This document shows positions 36,943 to 47,600 of a stretch of 64,000 nucleotides of DNA, one piece after another. A model generated the notes under the pieces. It was not told the DNA's origin. It ran no database searches and worked only from the letters and a program-made list of their open reading frames with translations. Numbering within the stretch: the stretch's first letter is position 1; the number at the start of each line of letters is the position of its first letter. This DNA is from a virus, in IMG/VR virus record IMGVR_UViG_3300030098_006630, positions 1-64,000 of that record, one strand, 5' to 3'. Made by a program: the position numbers and the translations under genes.

Positions 36943-37255
36943 TATTGATGGAACAATCTGTGAAAAGGTCTCTGGTAACGACTACACACAAGCAGAGCCG
37001 CTACACAATCGTATAAAGGTTATTAACCAGCTTTACGACGACGGTTGCGAGATTATTTATTTTACTGCGAGAGGAATGGGTCGTCACAACAATGATGCTG
37101 AAAAAGCCATCGCTCAGTTTTACGATCTAACCGAAAAACAACTTGCCTCTTGGGGAGCTAAGTATCATAAGCTTATGCTTGGCAAGCCGGCTGGAGATTT
37201 TTACATTGACGATAAAGGAATAAGTGCTCATGTCTACTTTGAATCAGGCTCCTGA
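36926..37255 (+). CDS. Small HAD phosphatase (capsule-biosynthesis type)
   Basis: DIDGTI, FTARG, GKP, YIDDK. Confidence 0.85.
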   Translation: MTYVVDIDGTICEKVSGNDYTQAEPLHNRIKVINQLYDDGCEIIYFTARGMGRHNNDAEKAIAQFYDLTEKQLASWGAKYHKLMLGKPAGDFYIDDKGISAHVYFESGS

Positions 37256-37598
37256 AATAATTCATGTCGAAAAAGGCTGGGGTTATGAAAAATGGATAGT
37301 AAATAAGAAAGAATACTGTGGGAAGCTTTTATTTTTTCATCAAGGCAAGAGATGTTCATGGCATTATCATAAGTTAAAAGATGAGGTCTTTTATCTTCAA
37401 TCTGGAGAAATGTTAGTAAAGTTTTCAGAAGAGGATGATATTTCTAAAGCCGAAGAGTTGGTACTAAAACCAGGAGACAATTTTCATGTCTATAGAGGAC
37501 TACGCCATCAAATGATAGCGCTAAAGCCATCAGAGTTGTTTGAGTTCTCTACAGAACATTTCGATTCAGATTCTTATAGGGTTATAAAAGGAGATTAA
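37230..37598 (+). CDS. Cupin-fold sugar isomerase
   Basis: KGWGYE, SWHYHKLKDEVF, RHQM, EFST. Confidence 0.8.
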   Translation: MSTLNQAPEIIHVEKGWGYEKWIVNKKEYCGKLLFFHQGKRCSWHYHKLKDEVFYLQSGEMLVKFSEEDDISKAEELVLKPGDNFHVYRGLRHQMIALKPSELFEFSTEHFDSDSYRVIKGD

Positions 37599-37599
37599 G

Positions 37600-38550
37600 A
37601 TGAAGTTAGTTGTTATTACAGGATGTCTAGGTTTAATTGGCTCATATGTCACCCGTAAATGCCTCTCTAAGGGCTGGAAGGTCTATGGGGTAGACAACCT
37701 TACCTATGCGGCAAACAAATCGTTTCTAGAGGCATTTAAGAGGGATTCTAACTTTACCTTCTTAGAAGAAGATATCGCCCAGCTTAAATCTTTGCCAGAT
37801 TGTGATTATGTTATTAATATTGCTGCGGAATCTCACGTAGGTAATAGTATCATTGATAGTAGTGATTTTATTGAAACAAACGTGAATGGAGTAAAGAATC
37901 TGCTAGATCTTATCCGCCGCAAGCCCGACAATACAATGAAGCGCCCTGTTTTCTTTCATTTTAGCACTGATGAAGTCTATGGAGATATTGCCGATGGTGA
38001 GCATGTAGAGACAGACCCGCTTATCCCAAGTAACCCTTATTCAGCTTCCAAGGCATCGTCAGACATGCTTATTTTGGCTTGGGCAAGAACTTACGGTGTA
38101 AAATATGTTATTGTTCGCCCAACAAACAATTATGGCGAAGGACAATACCCAGAAAAGCTCATACCTTTGTGCGTAAAGCTTCTCCAGAGAGGGAAAAAAA
38201 TTAGACTTCACGATGAAGGAGAGCCAATTCGAAACTGGCTTCACGCAGAAGATACAGCAGAGGCAGTTACAACTATTGTAGAATCAGGCAAAGTAGATGA
38301 AATCTTTAACATTCCAGGAGATTTTGAACAAAAAAACTGGTTAACTGTTAAAAAAATCATTGAAGCGTACTATAATAGTGAGGTAAACTGGAAAGATTAC
38401 GTGGACTTAAGCCACAAAAGACCTGGACAAGATGTTAGATATGCTCTTAATGGAGATAAATTAGAAGCACTTGGCTGGAAACCTACAAAGGTTTTCGACG
38501 AAGAGATTGTAAAGCTTGTTCAGTTTTACAAAGAAAATTTCAAATGGTAA
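37600..38550 (+). CDS. rmlB: dTDP-glucose 4,6-dehydratase
   Basis: DNLTYA, AAESHV, STDEVYG, PYSASKA, NNYG..QYPEKLIP, RPGQDVRY. Confidence 0.92.
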   Translation: MKLVVITGCLGLIGSYVTRKCLSKGWKVYGVDNLTYAANKSFLEAFKRDSNFTFLEEDIAQLKSLPDCDYVINIAAESHVGNSIIDSSDFIETNVNGVKNLLDLIRRKPDNTMKRPVFFHFSTDEVYGDIADGEHVETDPLIPSNPYSASKASSDMLILAWARTYGVKYVIVRPTNNYGEGQYPEKLIPLCVKLLQRGKKIRLHDEGEPIRNWLHAEDTAEAVTTIVESGKVDEIFNIPGDFEQKNWLTVKKIIEAYYNSEVNWKDYVDLSHKRPGQDVRYALNGDKLEALGWKPTKVFDEEIVKLVQFYKENFKW

Positions 38551-38560
38551 GGAGAAAAAA

Positions 38561-38752
38561 ATGAAACTTTCAAATCAAGGAATGGGCACTCTAATGATGT
38601 GCTTACAAAAATCATTATTAGAACAGAGCGATATTGTACCACTGTTACAGGAGCTTAACTTTGAAGTCGATGGAGATGAAATTGTATGTACAAACCCTCC
38701 TAAAATTGAACTCAATACAACAGAATTTTTTCAAGAAACTGAGGATGCCTAA
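38561..38752 (+). CDS. Small hypothetical protein
   Basis: AAGGAG SD; MKLSNQGMGTLMMCLQKSLLEQSDIVP. Confidence 0.7.
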   Translation: MKLSNQGMGTLMMCLQKSLLEQSDIVPLLQELNFEVDGDEIVCTNPPKIELNTTEFFQETEDA

Positions 38753-39026
38753 ATATCTTTATAAATGTACAAACACTGAGTGTGCTAAGGTGTTTGAAAT
38801 TGTTCATTCTATGAAAGAAAAGCTAAAATCGTGCTCTGAATGTCTTGATGATTGTGACAAAGAATTCCCTCTAGAGAGATTACCAGCTCTATCTATCTCT
38901 ATTTCTAAGCCATTATCACCTACACAAGATAAAAAAGCAGGTACATTAGTGAAAAAGAATATAGAAGAATTTAGAAAAGCCCTAAAAGAAGAACAACAGA
39001 AGCTGCGAGAGGTGGAATATAAATGA
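38745..39026 (+). CDS. FmdB-like zinc-ribbon protein
   Basis: MPKYLYKC-x4-C...FE..HSM...CSEC. Confidence 0.75.
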   Translation: MPKYLYKCTNTECAKVFEIVHSMKEKLKSCSECLDDCDKEFPLERLPALSISISKPLSPTQDKKAGTLVKKNIEEFRKALKEEQQKLREVEYK

Positions 39027-39445
39027 TTAAAATAATTTTATCTTTATCTATAGTGGTTAATTTAGTTCTTATGGCATTGGTTGTTGGATTGATGCCATTT
39101 TTATTATCTCTATCCATAGTGGTGATAGGCGTTTTAATTTGGTATATTTCCAAACTTACAAGTCAGCTAAATGAAATAACAGATAATTTTGACGATTTTT
39201 ATTCTAAAGTTCAAAACTATGAACAACATGTCGAGAATATACATGGCTTAGAGATGTTTTATGGAGATCAGACACTTCAGAGCTTAATGAATCATTCGCG
39301 CACTATTTTAAATGATATTTATGATTTCCAAGAGAAATTTATTATGACCGAGGAAGAAGAACTTGAGCGAGAACCCGAAACCCCGCCGCAGGCGGAAAAA
39401 GAAAAATCTATACTTTACAGAGACTCACCAGAAGGCGATAGTTGA
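39023..39445 (+). CDS. Membrane protein with coiled coil
   Basis: Two N-terminal hydrophobic helices; GAGG SD. Confidence 0.7.
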   Translation: MIKIILSLSIVVNLVLMALVVGLMPFLLSLSIVVIGVLIWYISKLTSQLNEITDNFDDFYSKVQNYEQHVENIHGLEMFYGDQTLQSLMNHSRTILNDIYDFQEKFIMTEEEELEREPETPPQAEKEKSILYRDSPEGDS

Positions 39446-40064
39446 TTACGCCTTAACAGACTGTAGAAAGATTAGAACAGAACTTTATATTCAATATATT
39501 GGTCCTGTTTTCGATGAGATGGTAGATAAAATTACTTATACCTACAAGTTTACTACATTGCCAAACATCGAAGTTCTCAAGGACGAATGTAAGATCTGGC
39601 TTACAACCATCTTAGATAAGTTCGACCCAGAGAAAGGCTCCAAAGCCTTTTCTTATTTTAGTGTGATTACCAAGAACTGGTTTATTCACAAGGTCAAAAA
39701 GAACTCTAAAAATCTTAAGAAAGAAGTAAATTACGAAGACGCAGTAGGTGAAATAGAGCAGCAATATTTATCTGAAGAAAACATTTATTTAGAAAAAAGA
39801 GAGAAATATGAATTTTGGCAATCGCTGATGAAAGAATTTGATATCTGGGAGAAACAAAACCTTAAAGAAAACGAAAGAAAAGTTTTAAATGCGATTATTG
39901 ATCTTTTTGATAATGTTGATGAACTTGAAATTTTTAATAAAAAAGCTATTTATATGCATATAAGAGAATTAACTAATCTCAACACGAAGCAAGTAGTAAA
40001 TAACTTAAATCGACTTAGAGAAAAATATAGAAATTTCAAAAAAGAATATAATAAGGATATTTAG
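39363..40064 (+). CDS. Phage sigma-factor-like protein (T4 gp55-like late transcription factor)
   Basis: LYFTE...KFDPEKGSKAFSYFSVITKNWFI region-2-like motif; sits directly before the structural genes. Confidence 0.7.
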   Translation: MSENPKPRRRRKKKNLYFTETHQKAIVDYALTDCRKIRTELYIQYIGPVFDEMVDKITYTYKFTTLPNIEVLKDECKIWLTTILDKFDPEKGSKAFSYFSVITKNWFIHKVKKNSKNLKKEVNYEDAVGEIEQQYLSEENIYLEKREKYEFWQSLMKEFDIWEKQNLKENERKVLNAIIDLFDNVDELEIFNKKAIYMHIRELTNLNTKQVVNNLNRLREKYRNFKKEYNKDI

Positions 40065-40358
40065 ATGTCAGCGCCTGATTTAGAAAATTGCCTGGATGCA
40101 GCTTTAGAAAATGTTAAAAATGATAGAGCCTTGGCTTTAACATTATTGACTGATCTAATGAAATATATTCAAGCAGAAGAGGCTCGACATAAGGAAGTGG
40201 GACTTACAGCAGCAAAATATCTTGAAACCCTTCAGCGCTCTAATGAACAATTGGTGAAGTTGTCTGGCTTGTTATACAAAAAGAATAATCAAGAAGTAGG
40301 GTTATCAGCCGACGATAAGGAAGATTTATATTCTCTTATTCAAAGCAATGAGGGCTAA
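40065..40358 (+). CDS. Helical hypothetical protein
   Basis: Preceded by ATATTTA (40057-40063); KYLETLQRSNEQLVKL. Confidence 0.7.
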   Translation: MSAPDLENCLDAALENVKNDRALALTLLTDLMKYIQAEEARHKEVGLTAAKYLETLQRSNEQLVKLSGLLYKKNNQEVGLSADDKEDLYSLIQSNEG

Positions 40359-40360
40359 AA

Positions 40361-43300
40361 ATGGGGACTAAATCTTTTCGTAGAGCGCTAGACGAACAAA
40401 GAAGAGGCGAGGATGGCTTAAGATTTGTCAGTCGAGCTTTAGATTTGCTAGCGCAGAAAGATGAGATTTTAGACCATGGACCTTTTCTCGCTTTTGTATT
40501 GCGCGTAGAGATACAAGAAGGCGCAAATCCTAAAACAAGCGATAATGATTGGTTATCTATGCTCCAAGCTCAAGAAGCCACTTATCAATCATCAGCCGGC
40601 GGCACCAACAAGCAAGGGAAGCTACCTAATCCCGTCAGAGGAATAAAGAAGATGATTGTGACCGCACGGGTCGCGAAAGATATCTTTCCACGAACGAAAA
40701 TAAGTTCAGCTCCTGGTTCGTTTCCTCAACCAGACATCCACGCATGGATTCCTTTCCCTCAACAATTTGGGAATATAACTGAAGTAGACGCCGTTTCTAA
40801 CTATTATATTTCTCAGCATACTCAATTTATTTCTGAGTCTGAATCTGTGTTTGAGTATGGAATCCCCGCCCCTGGAAGCTTGGTTCTGGTTGATTGGATA
40901 AAAAAAGGTCAAGATGGACCTCGTATGCCCATTTATAAGAAACCTTTACGAACGGGTCAATCGGGAACCAAATCGCTAAATCCTGATTGCGATAAAGAAA
41001 AAAATAAATCACAAACCAACCCTCCACCTGGTGGTAATAAAAAACAAAAAACACATCCTGGAAATAATAAAAAAGGCAAAGTGGCACCTCCACCGCCCGC
41101 CGGGTTTCGCAATTACCCTATATACAGTCACTTAACACCCCGTCTTCGCGGAAAAGGAATTATTCAGGGCAACGCTGCGAGCAAGAATTATTTTAAAAGC
41201 TCTCAAAGTCTTTTGAATAATATAAATTATCTTTTAGCTTCCATGCAGGTAATGCAATATTACGTTCAAGACCTGGCTTTATCAGGATGGATTCAAAAGC
41301 AATTTAAAATTTGTTCCACTTGGCCTGGTGTACGAGCGAAGGTATACTACACGGGAAACGGAGGAGCGACCTATAAGGGACACGCTAAAGCCTCTCAACA
41401 CAAAACAGGTAAAGCGGTAGATTTTGGGATTAAAATCTTTCCCGTAATAGATAAAAATAACGCTCAACATCAACAAATAATGACGGATTATGTTACCGCT
41501 CATCATAAGAGAAGTTTCATGAAGTGGCGCAAAAAACGAAAATCGCGAAGACGCATGTCTGATGCCGACGCCTCGATCGCCTTCGCAAAAAAAGGGGTAA
41601 AATTGAGCTATGATTTTGCTTATGCCGTCATAGCTTCTTTAGTTGTAAAAGGAAAAATTAAAGATGGAGGCTGGGGAACTTACAAAAATGGAAGTTCACG
41701 AACCGGCACCAATCGACCCGGTAAGACATATTACGATAGTTATAAAAATTTGTCTACCGTTCCAGTAGATTCTACTCATTGGGATTACAAGAGTAATCGT
41801 CGCTGGATGTGGGTGGCAGTTGGAAGTTCGAAACGAGTACATTGGTTTAAAAAATATTGGAAAGCATGGCGTAAAAAGAATAATTTAACGAAATCCCAAG
41901 CCTCAAAGATGAAACTTTGGATGAAATTTCAGATGGATTCTAATTTTACCACACCCCAGGTTGATAGTTGGTACAATGCTTTAACTGTTGGTGCTGGTGC
42001 TGCTTTTGGACAACCCATTCCATCTCCAGAGACAGTGTTAAAATATTGGACCGACAATAATTTAATTTTAAGAGTAAAACAGAAGCCGTATGATAAAAGC
42101 TCTTTAAAGATAAAGATCCCACCAGTGCTTCCAACACCGACTAGTACATCTCAAGTTCCGCCACCCGCATCAGCAACTCCGCCCGTGTCTACTGCTACTG
42201 TGATGCCTCCTCCCAAACAAGGACCTGGAACTACAGGAGCACAACATAGAGCAATGTCTATGGGCAACGTAGGAACTCCAGTAGGCGGTGGAGGTGGTGC
42301 AGCATCACCAGCCGCAGCCGCAGCAGCATCCGCAGGGGCAGGAGTAGGAAACACAGCGCCTGGAACGGCAGCATCTAAAGCAGGCGCAGCCGCCGCGAAG
42401 ATTGCAACCAAGACAACTCCCAAAAAATCTACCCCATCACAACCAAATGCCGAGTGTGAAGAAAGCCAGACAAAATCCACCTCTAAGAGTCAAACTTCAA
42501 AGAAAAATACAAATGCGAACAAAAATCAAATAGCACCTGGAAAATCTCAACCTGTAGCAAATGCTCCCGCAGGTACAATACAATATCCTTCTCAAAAATT
42601 AGAGTGGCAAAAGAAGAAATATAATACGGCTTTGAAAGCCACCATGTTGGTAATCCATGAAACAGGCAAATCTAAACCAGCTTACCACGTAGCTAAAGAA
42701 AACTTTGAACGCTCTCAAAAACGCAAAAAAGACGGCGCAGGGTGGATGCATTTTTATGGTGGTCGCGCAGGAGAAATTATTCAACAGCTCCCGACCAATT
42801 CTCCTGCTCTGCATGCCAACTGGGCTAGCACTAACGCTATTGGTTATGAAGTCTGTAATCTTGGTGCAATCTCATCCACATCATCACTTCTTAGTAAAAC
42901 CAAGATAAATAAACTAGGGTATAAGATTTTAGGACCCGAGGGTAACGTTGGAGGTAAATTAGGAAACGGCAAGGTAAAATCTTTGGGATTGTATCCTGGA
43001 AAAAACTACGCCCTTCCTGGTGAAAAACAATGTCTAAGAGTATGGGAAACAATCAAGTGGCTCGTAGGAACATCCAAACCTCATCCAGAATTAGCATTAA
43101 GTATTGTTTTCCCAGCGGTTCTTAACGATACAGCCAAAACCATCGGAACAGGATTGCACAGTTCAAAACTCGGCGGCTCTTCAAAAGAAAAGGTTTTTGT
43201 ATGGGGCAGGTTTAACCCACTTAAACCTCCTTTCTATAAAAATGGAAATTACATGTCTTCGTGGAAAAAAGGACAACCTTCTACTTTTGAAAGTCGATTG

Positions 43301-43666
43301 GCATGGAAAGTGGAGAAACCTTTCCAGCGCGGAATCGTAGGACATCATCGCTGGCAGGATAATGATGGGTGCTTTATAGAATTCTATTGCCTGGGGCGAG
43401 CATTAGGAATGACGTCGCCGGATGCATACTTCGCTGCTATTGGAGCCCTTGCAATGACTTCAGATAAGAATGCCACAGGCGCTAAAAATGTAACATTCTT
43501 GCCGGATTATAAAAAAGCCAACTATGTAAAGACCGGGCGAGATATTTGGGGTAATAATGGCGATATTAACTGGAAACAATGGATGAGCAGCATACCTCTG
43601 GCTCTTCCCAAAGACAGGGACAAGAAATACGAAACCGGAGTAGGAATTTATGAAAAATTTATTTAA
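40361..43666 (+). CDS. Baseplate hub-type virion protein with M15-like peptidase and Amidase_2-like domains
   Basis: PAPGSLVLVDW (gp5 OB-like); SQHKTGKAVD + THWD (H-x6-D...H); LVIHET...HA...IGYE...GHH; Pro/Ala linker. Confidence 0.7.
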   Translation: MGTKSFRRALDEQRRGEDGLRFVSRALDLLAQKDEILDHGPFLAFVLRVEIQEGANPKTSDNDWLSMLQAQEATYQSSAGGTNKQGKLPNPVRGIKKMIVTARVAKDIFPRTKISSAPGSFPQPDIHAWIPFPQQFGNITEVDAVSNYYISQHTQFISESESVFEYGIPAPGSLVLVDWIKKGQDGPRMPIYKKPLRTGQSGTKSLNPDCDKEKNKSQTNPPPGGNKKQKTHPGNNKKGKVAPPPPAGFRNYPIYSHLTPRLRGKGIIQGNAASKNYFKSSQSLLNNINYLLASMQVMQYYVQDLALSGWIQKQFKICSTWPGVRAKVYYTGNGGATYKGHAKASQHKTGKAVDFGIKIFPVIDKNNAQHQQIMTDYVTAHHKRSFMKWRKKRKSRRRMSDADASIAFAKKGVKLSYDFAYAVIASLVVKGKIKDGGWGTYKNGSSRTGTNRPGKTYYDSYKNLSTVPVDSTHWDYKSNRRWMWVAVGSSKRVHWFKKYWKAWRKKNNLTKSQASKMKLWMKFQMDSNFTTPQVDSWYNALTVGAGAAFGQPIPSPETVLKYWTDNNLILRVKQKPYDKSSLKIKIPPVLPTPTSTSQVPPPASATPPVSTATVMPPPKQGPGTTGAQHRAMSMGNVGTPVGGGGGAASPAAAAAASAGAGVGNTAPGTAASKAGAAAAKIATKTTPKKSTPSQPNAECEESQTKSTSKSQTSKKNTNANKNQIAPGKSQPVANAPAGTIQYPSQKLEWQKKKYNTALKATMLVIHETGKSKPAYHVAKENFERSQKRKKDGAGWMHFYGGRAGEIIQQLPTNSPALHANWASTNAIGYEVCNLGAISSTSSLLSKTKINKLGYKILGPEGNVGGKLGNGKVKSLGLYPGKNYALPGEKQCLRVWETIKWLVGTSKPHPELALSIVFPAVLNDTAKTIGTGLHSSKLGGSSKEKVFVWGRFNPLKPPFYKNGNYMSSWKKGQPSTFESRLAWKVEKPFQRGIVGHHRWQDNDGCFIEFYCLGRALGMTSPDAYFAAIGALAMTSDKNATGAKNVTFLPDYKKANYVKTGRDIWGNNGDINWKQWMSSIPLALPKDRDKKYETGVGIYEKFI

Positions 43667-43683
43667 TATAAAGGAACTTCAAC

Positions 43684-44634
43684 ATGGTCGAATTTAAACA
43701 AAACAACCCTTACGAAGGAATGGCAGAGCCCGAAAAGACAAATTTTTCCAGTCTTAATTCAAGCACAATACCACACCAGACTGGGATTGCGGGAGCCGAA
43801 TTAAAAGAAGCAATCGCGAGATTTAATCAGCTTCCTTGCGAGAAAGTTATTAAAGGAAAAAATGATGCTTTTATTGTACTAGGGAGAGACCGTACAGGAA
43901 CTGCCCTACAAGGTAAAGGAATGGAGGGTGCACCAAAAAGCTCTGCTATCGACCTAGTGGTAGGTCGCTGGGGCGGCGCAGTGCCTGAAACGGATGCCGC
44001 CAATGAACACCTATATTTAGATCCTGAGTTTCATGAAGACGCAGCTCGAATATACATTTCTCAAAACACAGATATCGACAAAAGTTTCGGACTGGCTGAT
44101 GGAAAAGTTGGACATTACACTGACCGCTCCGCCATCGCGCTAAAGGCTGACGGCGTAAGAATAATTTCTAGAGAGGGAATAAAGTTAATCACTAAAAATG
44201 TGCCCGATATTGACGAAAAAAATTCAAAAAATATGTCCATTGAGGTCCCTCAGTTTGGAATCGATTTGATTGCCAACAATAATGATGAAGATTTGCAGCC
44301 GTTGGTTAAAGGAAAAAATCTTGTTTTAGGTCTGAGGTCTTTAACTCGACATATCCATGCTTTAAATAACATAGTAAAGAATTTTTTAATATTTCAAATG
44401 AAATTCAATAGAGCAGTACAAGATCATGTACATGTAAGCCCTTTTTGGGGGGATGAGTGCGCTCCATCGGATAATTTAAGCATGTTTGATGGACCTATAA
44501 ACATGAAAAGCTTGCAAGAAATTGTGGATGAGGACACAAAAAAGTTCAAACGCAATTTGATTGGCTTTGAACTAAAGTATCTTAAAGATAGCGGTAAGAA
44601 ATACATTAATAGTGAATATAACAATACAAATTAA
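43684..44634 (+). CDS. Baseplate spike/gp5 C-terminal-like protein
   Basis: AFIVLGRDR, AARIYISQ, ALKADGVRIISREGIKL beta repeats; QPLVKG; DHVH near the tip. Confidence 0.6.
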   Translation: MVEFKQNNPYEGMAEPEKTNFSSLNSSTIPHQTGIAGAELKEAIARFNQLPCEKVIKGKNDAFIVLGRDRTGTALQGKGMEGAPKSSAIDLVVGRWGGAVPETDAANEHLYLDPEFHEDAARIYISQNTDIDKSFGLADGKVGHYTDRSAIALKADGVRIISREGIKLITKNVPDIDEKNSKNMSIEVPQFGIDLIANNNDEDLQPLVKGKNLVLGLRSLTRHIHALNNIVKNFLIFQMKFNRAVQDHVHVSPFWGDECAPSDNLSMFDGPINMKSLQEIVDEDTKKFKRNLIGFELKYLKDSGKKYINSEYNNTN

Positions 44635-44677
44635 TTATTTTATGATATATAATGAAATTACTAAGTTAGGATAAACA

Positions 44678-47600
44678 ATGGCAGAAATATTAGATTTTCT
44701 TGATAAACGAGTCACCAAAATAGAGGGCGAGTATGGAAACATGCTAGAGGTTTCTGAATACACCCCCGAAGAGACTGCGGATAAATATTATATCTACGAC
44801 ATAGGATTCGAGGAAGATACTGGACCCGTAGTGAACGCTTCTGATAATTTAAATTATTGGTTCTCGCAAGATTCTACAGATGCTAAAGCCCCATATCATT
44901 TGAAAAATTATACTTTAGTGGCGTGGGATGGGGTTAGATATTTTCTTAACAATAGTGAAAATAGATGGGTCGGAAAAATTACCGTAGTTGATAAAAGTAA
45001 AGAATATGCTAGACAACCCGAGGAGCCAGATTATTTAAAAGATTTTAGCGGAGGCTGGTCAACTGTCGAAGATATACCTGATTTTGATAAACAAGACAGT
45101 TTCTGGAAAAATACCTGGTACGAGCCTACTGTCGTCCCAGATGCTAAAATTTTAAGAACGATAGGCAAGCCAACCAGGGGCGTTGAATATTGGATAGATC
45201 TTAGCAAGATGCTTACCGTAGGACCAAGTGACTTTCAAGAAAGCAATTCTTTGGTAGTAAAAGATGTCATATTAGACAATGCAGAGGATTTAGAGTCCTT
45301 AGATCGTTCTACTCCTTGGCGAGACTCGCCAGACAATACAATATATCAGGATACTTTAAATTATTATGTTCATGTAAATTCGTATAAAAAAACTATCCCG
45401 CTTGAATCTCAAGATGCAGACCGCAAGAAATTTTTTCGGCAATTTGTTATCAATGCAGTAGAGGTCTTAGCAGACAAGCAACACAGAAACATTTCTCAAG
45501 CAAATGCAGAATCAATAGCCAATTATCTTGTAAAGTTGCCCCGAAAGGACGTTTTTACTACCAGTATAAAACCGAGACCTAATTCATTTTGGAAAGCCTT
45601 GGTTAAAATACCGAGAGCATATATTGATCCTTATGAAATTGTTCCAAAGGTTCAATCTACGCATGTAGGAGTCTTTAGATCTTGGCACGACTTAGAAGAA
45701 AGTTATAAGAAAGTAATTAAATATTTCAATAAGTTAATCCCTCTTGTTGAACAAAACACCGTCAGATTAGACATGAAGCAGGAAATAAAATTTTTAGAAA
45801 AGGTGTGGACTAATCTTGCATCTATTAAACAAGCTCCTGTACTTCAAGAAGGCACTATTAGATACTATGGCGCTAAACAACCATCTAATATTCAAATAAC
45901 TGATGATACAATCGTAAAATTTGCGTTCAACAGGCGTAATAATTTTTCTCTTGAAAATATAGAAATTGTGAATCAAATGGAAGGCTCCGGCGTCGTAAGT
46001 ATTACTGAACGAATTTTACGAGCAATGATAGATCTCAATAAATCTGGCATTAAAAATAATGACGTTTTTAAACGAGCCCGAACAATGATTTATTTGATGA
46101 ATTTAGATCTCATGGCTCGCGACATAGATGATAAGGCTTTCGGTGGAGAAAACAAATGGATTGATTTTTTGTTCAAATACACCTACAAAATGCCTGATTT
46201 TCTTCCTTCTAACACTGACTTTGATAAAATAAATTTTCAAAATAATGAAGTGACATCGTTCTTAAACAAGATAGACCGAGCTTTAGACGGACCAAAGACT
46301 TTATTTTCCAACAACAAAATAATGAGAGAAATATCTCCCGATGTTAGGGGGCTTTTAGCAGACGTTAAAAAGTCGGTCTATTCCAAGATAGAAGATCCTA
46401 CTTTACAAAAAATATTTCAGACAATCGATGGGGTTAATTCGTTAGAATCTTTATATAGCGATGTACTAAACAAGGCACCTATTGATAAGCTAATAGAAAT
46501 GGGAAGACAAGTTGCAGACCCTATAGCTAAGCAGCAAATGTTTATGAAGAAGTCGTCACTCTTAAAGTCCCAAGCAAGGCTAAGCGAAGGGCGTTTGGAA
46601 AATTTAAGAGGGAAAAAATCTTTACGCAAAGTGCAGGTTACAACACCTCAAGAGAAAGCCATCACGGACCTTACCGGGCAACAGCCCGACATGATTATGA
46701 AGGCTATTGAGGAGCTTTTTGTAGAGGGCTTGTGTAATAATATAAAACACATTATCAAGACCATTAGGAGAATGGCATTTTCTCCTACCACCACTCAAGA
46801 TACGAAAGATTTTGGAAAGCTTAATATTCAAGATACTGTAAAAGAAAGTCAAGATGAAATAATAAAAAATATCTTGAATTCCATACCCGAGGGAAAAGAT
46901 TTAGATTTATTTGATGTCAAAAAGATACTTACAATAATTTCAGAAAATTGCATTCCTAGAGAGATTGTGGCTCTTGTCGAAGGTGAGGCTTCCTTACCTG
47001 TTTTAGAGATTTTAGGATACTTGATCGGTTATGAGTTTCCCATTCTAGGAGCGAGGCTCGATAGTGTTTATGATATAGAAGAGTTTTTAGCGTTGATATT
47101 GAAGCCATTAAGAGAGCAAATAATTCAAGCTACTGCCAAAATCGAGCTGGACCGAAAAGATGAAGAAGAAAAGGCTACCTATTGTGCGCCTGATTATGAA
47201 GAAGTGACTAATCATCTCGTAGACCGCTTCCCTGAAGATATTGCTAGAGCAGCTATGGACGGCGAAAAAAGCAGCAAGATTGATTTTTTAAATCTCTTGA
47301 ATGACATCGACAGTGCACTTAATAAAGATATAAATGAATTTATTTTTGGAAATAAGCTGGATTCAATTTTAAATCAAATTATGACAGAAGATCAAGGTTC
47401 TTCTTTTCTCACTAGCATGGTTATAGAGAGCTTTTTCTCTCCTTTCATAAGAAATTTTTCTATCGAGGGTTTAAATATTTCAACTTTCTTCTTAGAACCG
47501 CAGCTGGTAGATAAAAACCCTTCAGATACCACCTCTAGAACAGTTTCCCCTCCTGAAATTACATCTAGAATTGGGGAATTGACAGCGGAAAGAGATTCTT

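Noticed and set aside
20225-38550. Bacterial O-antigen/capsule locus (chimeric assembly)
   Set aside because: No flippase, polymerase or priming transferase; gene coupling is seamless with phage genes on both sides.
42151-42480. Antisense and alternate-frame ORFs in the track (this one, 9059-9388, 47392-47808, 62928-63242, 63636-63854 and similar)
   Set aside because: They are shadows of longer genes, with no independent motifs or ribosome-binding sites.
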